This document shows, piece by piece, positions 19,470 through 27,601 of a stretch of DNA of 36,804 bases; the stretch's first letter is position 1, and every line of letters starts with the position of its first letter. Below the pieces are notes generated by a model. The model had not been told where the DNA came from, did no database searches, and saw only the letters and a program-made list of their open reading frames with translations. A program made the translations under genes and the position numbers. The stretch is from contig JAFVYE010000067.1 of NCBI GenBank assembly GCA_017500745.1, positions 1 to 36,804 of the forward strand. The letters are read 5' to 3'. Source of the stretch: Clostridia bacterium. Lineage in GTDB: Bacteria; Bacillota; Clostridia; Christensenellales; CAG-917.

Positions 19470-22204
19470 TTAGTTATTTTCTTTGAGGGCCTTTTTTTCT
19501 GCCTTACGCTTTTCAACAAAGTTGGTGACAACCTTTGACACTTCAACAAAGGGGATTACAGTTGCGCCAAGTGCCATTGCAATGAAGAATTCCTTTGCGT
19601 CAATTGCTGTAAAGTCAAATGCTGTGTTGAGGCCGGGGGTGTAGATGACAAGGACGGTTGCAAGCAATGAGAATGCAAATGCGCCCCACATAAACCAATT
19701 TTGCTTTTTGAGCATGCTCTTGCTGAAGATTGAGTGGTTGATTGATCTTGCGTTGAATGCGTGGAACATCTCTGTCATTGACAAGGTCAAGAAAGCCATT
19801 GTCATGCCGTGGCCTGTGTCGTGAGCAAATGCTTCAAAGGTCATGGGCTCCCCTGCAAGATAGTGTCCAATAAAGAATGATGCAAGAGTCAAAAGTCCAA
19901 TAAACACGCCTTGGATGATGATGTTGACCCCAACGCCACCTGCAAAGATGCCTTCCTTTTCATTTCTGGGAGCACGGCGCATAAGGTCTGCTTCTGCCGT
20001 TTCTGTGCCAAGTGCAAGTGCAGGGAAAGTGTCTGTGATGAGGTTGATCCAAAGCAGGTGCATGGGCTTCAAGAGAGTGAAGCCACACATTGTTGCAATA
20101 AACACAGAAACCACTTCTGCAAGGTTGGATGCAAGGAGGAATTGAATTGCTTTGCGGATGTTGTCGTAGATGCGTCTGCCCTCTCCAACTGCGGTGACGA
20201 TTGTTGCAAAGTTGTCATCTTGGAGCACCATGTCTGCTGCGCCCTTTGTGACGTCTGTGCCTGTGATGCCCATGCCAATGCCGATGTCTGCTGACTTGAT
20301 GGAAGGTGCGTCATTGACGCCGTCCCCTGTCATTGCAGTAATCATGCCACGCTTCTTCCAAGTGTTGACAATGCGGACCTTGTGTTCAGGTTGAACACGT
20401 GCATACACAGAAAACTCCACGATTCTTTCATAAAATTCCTCATCACTCATCTCTGCCATTTCTGCGCCTGTAATTGCTTGTGATGCGTCTTGGATGATGC
20501 CAAGTTGCTTTGCAATTGCCACAGCTGTGTCAATGTGGTCGCCTGTGATCATGACTGCACGGATGCCTGCTGTCTTACACTCTGCAATTGCTGCTTGAAC
20601 TTCGGGACGGACAGGGTCAATCATGCCTGTGAGGCCAAGGAAGATGAGGTCCTTTTCAATGTCTTCGGGATTGACACTATCAGGAATTGCGTTGAGGGGC
20701 TTGTATGCTGCAGCAAGGACACGAAGTGCTTCGTTTGCCATTGCCTTGTTTGCACCAAGGATGTCTGTTCTGATGTCATCTGTGAGTTCAACCACTTGAC
20801 CGTTGATCTTTGCGTGGGTGCAACACTTCAAAAGTTCATCGGGAGCGCCCTTTGTGAATTGAACGTATGCGCCGTTGCCGTCATCGTGGATGGTTGACAT
20901 ACGCTTGCGCATGCTGTCAAAAGGTGCTTCCGCCACACGAGGATAGGTTTTGTCAAGGTCGGTTTTGTTTTGATTTTCCTTGTATGCAAAGTTGACAAGA
21001 GCACACTCTGTGGGCTCGCCAACTGCGTCAAAGGTTTCGGGGTCAAGAGTTGCGTCACTTGCTTGTGCCATTGCTCTTGCAATGAGAGCAACGTCATCGC
21101 CATAGGTGTCAACAACGGTCATCTTGTTTTGAGTGAGGGTGCCTGTCTTGTCAGAGCAGATGATTTGGGTGCAACCCAAGGTTTCAACTGCAGTAAGACG
21201 TTTGACAACTGCTTTTTTCTTTGCCATCTTTGTCATGCCCATTGAAAGCACGATTGTGACAACGGTTGCAAGGCCCTCTGGGATTGCGGCAACTGCCAAC
21301 GACACAGCGATGATAAAGCTGTCAAGGATGATTTCAAGTGCGCTGTTGCCAACAAGATTGTTGCGTTCCATGATGAGCTTGAATGCAAAATGAACACACA
21401 AATGCCAAGGACTGCAAAGCTCAAAATCTTTGAAAGCTTGTCAAGCTTCTTTTGAAGGGGAGTTGTTTCCTCTTTGGTTTGTGCAAGGACGTCTGCAATT
21501 TTGCCCATTTCGGTTTGCATGCCTGTTGCAACAACAACTGCCTTTGCTCTGCCGTAGACAATGGTGCTTCCCATATAGACCATATTCTTTCTGTCGCCAA
21601 GGGGAACGTCTTTGCCATCCTCTGCTGTGAGAGTGTCAACTTCCTTCTCGCTGGGCACAGACTCTCCTGTCAAAGCTGCCTCTTCTGCCTTTAAGGATGC
21701 AGATTCAATAAGACGGCAGTCTGCAGGCACAGAGTCCCCTGCTTCAAGGATGACTATATCGCCAACAACCAAGTCCTCGTTTTTGATGTGCTTGATGACA
21801 CCATCACGGATGACTTTACACGTTGATGCGGTCATCTCTTTCAAGGCCTCAATTGCCTTTTCGGCTCTGCCCTCTTGCACAACGCCAAGAACTGCGTTCA
21901 AGAGAACAACACCAATGATGATGAAGAACTCTGCAAGCTCCGTTGTGTCAAAGTGTCCCTTGCCTGTCATCACGGGGATGAGTGTTGTGATGAGACTGAT
22001 GAGCGCTGCGATGATCAAAACGATGATCATAGGGTTGACAAGTTGCATGAAGAATCTTTGGACCATTGAGATCTTTTTGCCTTCTGCCAGCTTGTTTTTG
22101 CCGTTTTGTTCAAGGCGAGCGTCTGCTTCGGATTGTGACAATCCGTTGTCGCAGGACTTTACTTCTTCCAAGACAGCGTTGCTGTCAAAAAGATAGTGTT
22201 TCAT
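19470..22204 (-). pseudogene. P2-type (Ca2+/Mn2+-like) cation-transporting ATPase, interrupted by a 1-nt frameshift
   Basis: Two overlapping ORFs (22204-21233 and 21401-19470) together encode one ATPase: N-terminal cation-ATPase domain, PEGL (AAIPEGLATV), DKTGTLT, TGDHIDTA, GDGVNDAPS. The frames join sensibly (…GICVFI|FAFKLIMERNN…) only if one base is added in the A4/T4 run at 21387-21390. Confidence 0.85.
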
Positions 22205-22213
22205 TTTACCTCC

Positions 22214-22262
22214 AAAAAATATAAAAACTCATAGGACAAGTGCATTAACTTATCTTATGAGT
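22214..22262 (-). terminator. Leader (attenuator) terminator immediately upstream of the ATPase RBS
   Basis: On the minus strand: ACTCATAAGATAAG (22262-22249), loop TTAATGCA, CTTGTCCTATGAGT (22240-22227), which gives 14 positions with 1 mismatch and 1 GU. This is followed by TTTTTATATTTTTT, then GGAGG (22213-22209) and the ATG at 22204. Confidence 0.75.
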
Positions 22263-22376
22263 CTCATTGTTTAAGACCGTTCCAGACTGACGTCGGATGT
22301 TGAAATCGGCCACGCCATAGACGTTAATTACTCCCTCATCATTTAGGACGAGCGCACATGCGCCTATATAAATACT
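22263..22376 (-). promoter_or_regulatory. Riboswitch-like aptamer region of the ATPase leader, possibly yybP-ykoY/Mn2+-like
   Basis: Minus-strand helices ACGTC/GACGT and AGTCT/AGACT. ATGAG (22339-22335) can pair with the CTCAT that forms the 5' arm of the terminator, giving antiterminator logic. GGGAGTA (22335-22329) followed by ACGTC resembles the GGGGAGUAGCGUC core as I remember it. Confidence 0.4.
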
Positions 22377-22382
22377 ACAATT

Positions 22383-22411
22383 AGTTTACGAAAATATAAT
22401 TCTTTTGTCAA
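22383..22411 (-). promoter_or_regulatory. Candidate promoter of the ATPase leader
   Basis: On the minus strand: TTGACA (22411-22406), 17 nt, TAAACT (22388-22383). Confidence 0.45.
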
Positions 22412-22451
22412 TATTAATTTTCAAGCCCGATGTTTTGGCTTGTCTATGCAG

Positions 22452-22997
22452 TCACTTTTTCTTTTTGAACACACTGACAACGCTTCCTGCAAAAGCCAAA
22501 AATCCAAGCACAACGCCGATTGCCCCAAAAGTTGTTTTGCCAATTCCTGCCAAGACAGCACTTACAATCAAAACTATTAGTCCTGCAATTCCAATGCCCA
22601 AAGTCAAGGGTTTGACAACGTATCCTTCATCTTTTTCTTCCTTGAAAAAGCTTCTATTTTCATAGCCATTGACAATGGGGCAAAAGCTTGACCAATCGTT
22701 TTCTTCAAGGCGTACGTTTTCATTATTTGCCCAAAACAGCAGTTTATCCTCAAATTCTTCATCTTTTAAGTCCGAGTTCTGCACAAACTCATATATTGCC
22801 ACCTTGTCATCGCCAACTGCATAAACCAAGGTGTGAACCACCTCAACAAGATAGGTTCTTGCGTTGACGTATCTGTTGAGAAAGAGTATGTCCTTGTTGT
22901 CAACAAAAAATTCGCCAACCTCAAATCCTTGATTGGACAACGTGAGTGTTGCTTTGTCGCCTTTTGATTTTATGCCAAGTGTCTTTGTGTATTCCAT
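22452..22997 (-). CDS. Hypothetical protein with a soluble N-terminal domain and two C-terminal TM helices
   Basis: 181-aa ORF. The C-terminal hydrophobic stretch is LTLGIGIAGLIVLIVSAVLAGIG...GAIGVVLGFLAFAGSVVSVF, then KKKK. No recognisable motif. Confidence 0.45.
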   Translation of the reverse strand: MEYTKTLGIKSKGDKATLTLSNQGFEVGEFFVDNKDILFLNRYVNARTYLVEVVHTLVYAVGDDKVAIYEFVQNSDLKDEEFEDKLLFWANNENVRLEENDWSSFCPIVNGYENRSFFKEEKDEGYVVKPLTLGIGIAGLIVLIVSAVLAGIGKTTFGAIGVVLGFLAFAGSVVSVFKKKK

Positions 22998-23038
22998 GTC
23001 AATCTCAATTATATTTTGCTTTGTTAAAAAATCATTAA

Positions 23039-24121
23039 TTATTGTTTGTTTATGATTTTTCCCTCTTTCACTTCAAAGAGTTTTGCCCCATCTCCGTCAA
23101 ACTCTGTGCAAGTGAGGATTGTTTGAACTCCCTTTGTGGCTTCAAGCAAGATATCACGCCGTGTTTTGTCAAGCTCACTCAACACGTCGTCAAGGAGAAG
23201 GACGGGGGTTTCGCCTGTTTCTTGCTTGTACATTTCAACCTCTCCAAGCTTCATTGCAAGAGCTATAGTGCGCTGTTGTCCTTGAGAGGCAAATCGCCTT
23301 GCGTCAATGCCGTCAATTTCAATCTTGATGTCGTCACGATGAGGGCCTACGGTGCTATATCCAAGCTCCTTATCCTTTGCCCTTGATGCCAAAAGTGCGT
23401 CCTCAAGATTGCGCCTTATATCCCCTTCTGTTTTGACTGCGGTTTCATATGACAGCATCAGATTTTCCTTGCCAGAGCTGATTTTTCTGTGGCTTTGGCT
23501 TGCAAACTTGTTGAGTTCATTGACGTACTCCATACGCTTGCGGATTATGGTTGCGCCGTGCTCGGCAAGCCCAATATCCCACACGTCAAGCATGTCGTCA
23601 AGATTGTCTGCGTGCTTGCTCTCCTTCAAAAGATTGTTCTTTTGCTTCAACGTCTTGTTGTATTTTTGCAATGCAGTAAAATAGCTCTTTTGTTGTTGAG
23701 ATAGCCCAACGTCAAGAAAGCCCCTTCTCTCTGCGGGAGATTCCTTTACAAGCTTGAGTTCATCCGGCGAGAAGAAAACCACCCCAAGCACACCAAGCAG
23801 TTCTCCTGCTCTTGTCACGGGGATTCCGTCAATTGCCACTTTCTTTTTGCCAACCTCATCTATGAGGAGCAATATTGTGTGTTTGCGGAATTTTTTTTCA
23901 ACAGTAAGTGCCACCTTTGCCCTTGATGCGCCCATGCGGATAAGCTCTTTATCCTTGGTTGTGCGAGGGCTTCTAAGCAATGAGCAAACGTAAACAGACT
24001 CAAGCATATTGGTCTTTCCGCTGGCGTTTTTTCCATAAAGAACGTTGAGCCCACCGTCAAAATTGACTTGTTGGCTCTCGTAATTGCGGAAATTTGAAAG
24101 TGTAAGACCGATGATTTTCAT
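23039..24121 (-). CDS. recF: DNA replication and repair protein RecF
   Basis: Walker A GKNASGKTNMLE at the N-terminus, SMC-like signature FASQGQQRT, Walker B LLLDDVLSELD. 360 aa. Confidence 0.9.
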   Translation of the reverse strand: MKIIGLTLSNFRNYESQQVNFDGGLNVLYGKNASGKTNMLESVYVCSLLRSPRTTKDKELIRMGASRAKVALTVEKKFRKHTILLLIDEVGKKKVAIDGIPVTRAGELLGVLGVVFFSPDELKLVKESPAERRGFLDVGLSQQQKSYFTALQKYNKTLKQKNNLLKESKHADNLDDMLDVWDIGLAEHGATIIRKRMEYVNELNKFASQSHRKISSGKENLMLSYETAVKTEGDIRRNLEDALLASRAKDKELGYSTVGPHRDDIKIEIDGIDARRFASQGQQRTIALAMKLGEVEMYKQETGETPVLLLDDVLSELDKTRRDILLEATKGVQTILTCTEFDGDGAKLFEVKEGKIINKQ

Positions 24122-24127
24122 AAGTTT

Positions 24128-24156
24128 ATTATATATTAAAAATGCCTGTTTTTCAA
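24128..24156 (-). promoter_or_regulatory. Sigma-A promoter of recF with leaderless geometry
   Basis: On the minus strand: TTGAAA (24156-24151), 17 nt, TATAAT (24133-24128), 6 nt, ATG at 24121. No SD. Confidence 0.6.
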
Positions 24157-24323
24157 CAAGTTATGCCATATTATTTTGCATATAAAAAGAGAGATTTTTT
24201 CATTGTTGAAAACATATCTTGCTTTGCAAGACAAAAGAAAACCATAATGTCTGATGACAATTAATGCCGTAGGCAATTCATGACACAAAGTGTCAATTCA
24301 TGCAATCTTTGATTGTAATTTAT

Positions 24324-24352
24324 AAAAAAAGCACTCAACTGAGTGCTTTTTT
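24324..24352 (-). terminator. Intrinsic terminator of dnaA
   Basis: AGCACTC (24330-24336), loop AACT, GAGTGCT (24341-24347), flanked by A7 and T6. It begins 4 nt after the dnaA stop. Confidence 0.75.
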
Positions 24353-24355
24353 ATA

Positions 24356-25729
24356 TTATCTGTTGAGGATCATGTTTTTGATGTCTGCAACAACAATCTT
24401 CATGCGCTTGTCTGTCTTGATCATTTCGCTGATCTTATCTCTTGCATGGATGATGGTTGTGTGATCTCTGCCACCAAACATTTGACCTATTGTCACAAGA
24501 GGCAGGCCAAGCATTTCGGTGATGAGATAGATTGCAATCATGCGGGGTTCAACAATGTTTTTGGTCTTTTTCTTTGAAAACACGTCGTTTTTGGTGATGT
24601 TGAAATATCTGCACACCGTGTCAATGATGTCACTTGCGTCAAGAGTGTCTGTTTTGACCTCAATGAAGTCTTGCAGGGCCTCTCTTGCAAGATCCGTTGT
24701 GTCAATGACGTGGTTGGTCAGTGAACTGAAAAAGATGATTTTGTTGAGGAGTCCTTCAAGCTCACGGATGTTTGAGGTGCAGTTTTCTGCAATGAACGTG
24801 GCCACCTCATCGCTCAAACGGAACTTCTCTTGTGCTGCTTTTGTGCGAAGGATTGCAATGCGAGTTTCGGTGTCGGGCACGTTGATGTCAACCGTAAGCC
24901 CCCAAGCAAAACGTGTGCGCAGACGCTCTTCCAACGTGACAAGTTCCTTGGGAGAACGGTCTGATGTCAAGATGATTTGTTTGTTGGCTTGATAGAGGTC
25001 GTTGAAGATGTGGAAAAGTGCCTCTTGTGTCTGCTCTCTCTTGGCAAGAAATTGGACGTCATCCACCATGAGCACGTCACATGAACGATATTTTTCACGG
25101 AATTGATTGCTCTCTGTGTTGCTACGCTTCATGCTCATCTGCACAAATTCATTGACCATCTGCTCGCTGTTGACGTATACAACCTTTGTCTTGGGTGACT
25201 CCTTGTAGAGATGGTTGCCAATGGCGTGAAGAAGGTGGGTTTTGCCAAGGCCTACTCCGCTGTAAATGAAAAGAGGATTATACTTTCCGCCGGGGTTTTC
25301 TGCCACAGTTTTGGCTGCCATAAGAGCATAGTTGTTGGACTTGCCCATGACAAATTTGTCAAAGGTGTATCTGTCCACAAAAGGATTTTTGACCTTGACT
25401 TCGGCGGTTTTCTTTTTGTTGTCAACGATGATGCCACCACCGGGGAGAAACTCTGTTTGTTTGTTGAGATACTCTGCCTTTTTGTCGGGAGTGATGATTT
25501 CAACTGCGTTGACCGCCTTGTTGAGAGATTTGACAACCTCTGTGATGGTGCCAAGATATCTTTCATCAATGGTGCGTTTTGAAGATGCAGTAAGCGTGAC
25601 GAGCACAAAGGTGTCGTCTACAAAGCAAAGTGGCTCAAGCTTGTCAATCCAAACTTCATAGCTTATTGCTTGCATTATTTTTGACAATTCATTTTTGGCA
25701 TCCAGCCAAAATTCTTCTTTTCCAATCAT
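24356..25729 (-). CDS. dnaA: Chromosomal replication initiator DnaA
   Basis: AAA+ domain (NPLFIYSGVGLGKTHLLHAIG, VLMVDDVQFL, sensor motifs) and the C-terminal DNA-binding signature GGRDHTTIIHA. 457 aa. Confidence 0.97.
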   Translation of the reverse strand: MIGKEEFWLDAKNELSKIMQAISYEVWIDKLEPLCFVDDTFVLVTLTASSKRTIDERYLGTITEVVKSLNKAVNAVEIITPDKKAEYLNKQTEFLPGGGIIVDNKKKTAEVKVKNPFVDRYTFDKFVMGKSNNYALMAAKTVAENPGGKYNPLFIYSGVGLGKTHLLHAIGNHLYKESPKTKVVYVNSEQMVNEFVQMSMKRSNTESNQFREKYRSCDVLMVDDVQFLAKREQTQEALFHIFNDLYQANKQIILTSDRSPKELVTLEERLRTRFAWGLTVDINVPDTETRIAILRTKAAQEKFRLSDEVATFIAENCTSNIRELEGLLNKIIFFSSLTNHVIDTTDLAREALQDFIEVKTDTLDASDIIDTVCRYFNITKNDVFSKKKTKNIVEPRMIAIYLITEMLGLPLVTIGQMFGGRDHTTIIHARDKISEMIKTDKRMKIVVADIKNMILNR

Positions 25730-25736
25730 GGTTGAG

Positions 25737-25765
25737 ATTATAACTTATCCACATTTTTTGTGCAA
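25737..25765 (-). promoter_or_regulatory. dnaA promoter with a perfect DnaA box in the spacer and leaderless geometry
   Basis: On the minus strand: TTGCAC (25765-25760), 17-nt spacer containing TGTGGATAA (plus-strand TTATCCACA at 25745-25753), TATAAT (25742-25737), 7 nt, ATG at 25729. No SD. Confidence 0.65.
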
Positions 25766-25843
25766 CATACTTTTGAAAAATAAATATAAATGACTATATA
25801 TTGCGACCAAATATTTTTTGCCCCCAATTTTCTACAAAATTCT

Positions 25844-26446
25844 CTATCTTATTGGAGCATACTGGCCGGCATTCAGCCCCGTGTTTACAATCATAAAAAT
25901 GCCCATGGGGACAAAGATGATTAGGCAAACCGTGTTGACGACGTTTGCAATTTTTTCAAAGTTTTTGACATATCTTTGGGCCACAATCATCAAAAGCAAT
26001 CCAATGCATCCACCAAAGAAGTTGCATGCAAAATCCGTGCCGTCACATCCTCCGGTGCCCGTGTATAGCTGAGCCATCTCAAAGCAAATTGAAGTCACCA
26101 TAAACACCGCAACAGACACAATCACAACAAGGGAATATTTCATCTTTTTGAACATAAAAAGATATAAATATATCCCCATAGGGATATAAATCACCACGTT
26201 CAAAAGGTGGTCAAGGTTGAATTTATACGTGCCCTCTTGCACGGATTTTATCAAGGAGTAAAAAGGAATCCAATTGTTGCCCACTCTGCTTTCAAGGGGA
26301 AGTTTGAGCATATATTCTCTCAACTCGTACAGCCAATCCGAATTGAATTTGAGCCCAACAACCCAAACAAGACACCACAAATAAGTGACAAATATTGCCA
26401 CCAAAATTTTGAGATTGAGATTGTCTTGTTTGAATGGGTTTTTCAT
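25844..26446 (-). CDS. VanZ-like integral membrane protein
   Basis: 200 aa, multi-pass membrane protein. The NWIPFYS, NVVIYIPMGIY, CFEMAQ and DGTDFACNFFGG pattern fits the VanZ family as I remember it. Confidence 0.6.
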   Translation of the reverse strand: MKNPFKQDNLNLKILVAIFVTYLWCLVWVVGLKFNSDWLYELREYMLKLPLESRVGNNWIPFYSLIKSVQEGTYKFNLDHLLNVVIYIPMGIYLYLFMFKKMKYSLVVIVSVAVFMVTSICFEMAQLYTGTGGCDGTDFACNFFGGCIGLLLMIVAQRYVKNFEKIANVVNTVCLIIFVPMGIFMIVNTGLNAGQYAPIR

Positions 26447-26448
26447 CT

Positions 26449-26479
26449 TAAAAAATATAGCACACGCTGTGGTGTGCTA
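26449..26479 (-). terminator. Intrinsic terminator of dnaN
   Basis: TAGCACAC (26458-26465), 6-nt loop, GTGTGCTA (26472-26479). The minus strand then reads TATTTTTT. Confidence 0.7.
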
Positions 26480-26500
26480 TACCTATATTTGCATTTTTGT

Positions 26501-27601
26501 TTAGCCAATAACTCTGAGAGGAAGGATGAGATAGAGCCAGTTGTCTTGTTCGCCCTTGATAATGCCGGGGGCTGTTGATGAAGTGAAGTTCAATGTGACA
26601 AAAGGATCTTGGATTGCCTTCATACACTCGCTGATATACTTGCTGTTGAAGCCGATTGTAAGGTCCTTGCCTTTGAGTCCGATGGTGACTTTTTCATTGA
26701 TTTCGCCCTCTTCGCTGTGTGCGTTCAATGAAATTGAATCCTCTTTTATTTCCATCTTGACGTATGCTTTCTTTTCAGAGCGATTGATGAGGGCAACTCT
26801 TTCAATGCTGTTTTCAAATTGCTTTTTGTCAATGGTCACTTCGGTTGTAAAGAGGTCGGGGATGATCTTTTCATAGTTGATATAGTCCTCTGCGATGAGG
26901 CGTGAAACCATCTTTGTGTGGAAGAGGTCAACCATGATATAGCTTCTGTCAATGTAGACGGTCAAAGTTTCGTTTTCGTCATCAATGAGTGAGCAGAGCT
27001 CGTTCATGCTCTTTGCGGGCACAACAAGTTTGTCAATGATGCCGTTGTTTTGAATGGGCATTCTTGAAAGTGCAAGACGATAGCCGTCTGAAGCAACCCC
27101 TTCAAGCTCTGTTTCTTTGATGTTGAGGCAGATGCCACGGAGTGAAGGACGTGCTTCATCCATTGCAACGTTGAATTTGACCTTGCTGATGATTTCTTTA
27201 AGGTCTTTTTTGAGGATGATGAAGGAGTGCTCCTTTTCAACCTCCTTGAACACGGGATATTCATCTGCGTTGTAGCAATTGATAAACACCTCGCTGTCAA
27301 GATATTTCACAGACAATTTGTTTTGTGCGGTGCCGTCAAGCTCAATTTCTTCATCGCCAATACGCTTTGCGTAGTCTGCAAAGAGTTTGCCAGGGACAAC
27401 CACTTCGCCCTCAATGAGAACTTCTGCATTGACCTTCTTTTCAATGGCAAGTTCCAAGTCGGTTGCAAAAAGGGTGATGACGTCACCGATTGCGGTGATT
27501 TTGACACATTCCAAAATTGGATTGCTTCTCTTAATAGGCAATGCCTTTACAACTTTTTGAAGAGCATCTGCAAGCTCGTTTCCGTTCAAAATAACTTTCA
27601 T
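26501..27601 (-). CDS. dnaN: DNA polymerase III beta sliding clamp
   Basis: 366 aa, three-domain clamp pattern (LFATDLELAIE, GVASDGYRLA, C-terminal LILPLRV). Confidence 0.95.
   Translation of the reverse strand: MKVILNGNELADALQKVVKALPIKRSNPILECVKITAIGDVITLFATDLELAIEKKVNAEVLIEGEVVVPGKLFADYAKRIGDEEIELDGTAQNKLSVKYLDSEVFINCYNADEYPVFKEVEKEHSFIILKKDLKEIISKVKFNVAMDEARPSLRGICLNIKETELEGVASDGYRLALSRMPIQNNGIIDKLVVPAKSMNELCSLIDDENETLTVYIDRSYIMVDLFHTKMVSRLIAEDYINYEKIIPDLFTTEVTIDKKQFENSIERVALINRSEKKAYVKMEIKEDSISLNAHSEEGEINEKVTIGLKGKDLTIGFNSKYISECMKAIQDPFVTLNFTSSTAPGIIKGEQDNWLYLILPLRVIG

Noticed and set aside
21233-21401. The two overlapping ATPase ORFs as genuinely separate genes or a programmed frameshift.
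   Set aside because: The overlap region is nonsense in one frame or the other. A single base added in an A4/T4 run restores a canonical P2-ATPase, and I saw no slippery heptamer or downstream stimulatory structure. An error or pseudogene is the simpler reading.
113-24347. Several terminators share the stem word AGCACTC(C)/GAGTGCT (113-132, 965-984, 24330-24347; a GGCACTC variant at 19430-19447), suggesting a mobile REP-like family.
   Set aside because: The stems are short (7-8 bp), the loops and flanks differ, and each sits exactly where a terminator is expected. Four cases in one window cannot separate a repeat family from convergent use of a good GC-rich stem. It would need a genome-wide count.
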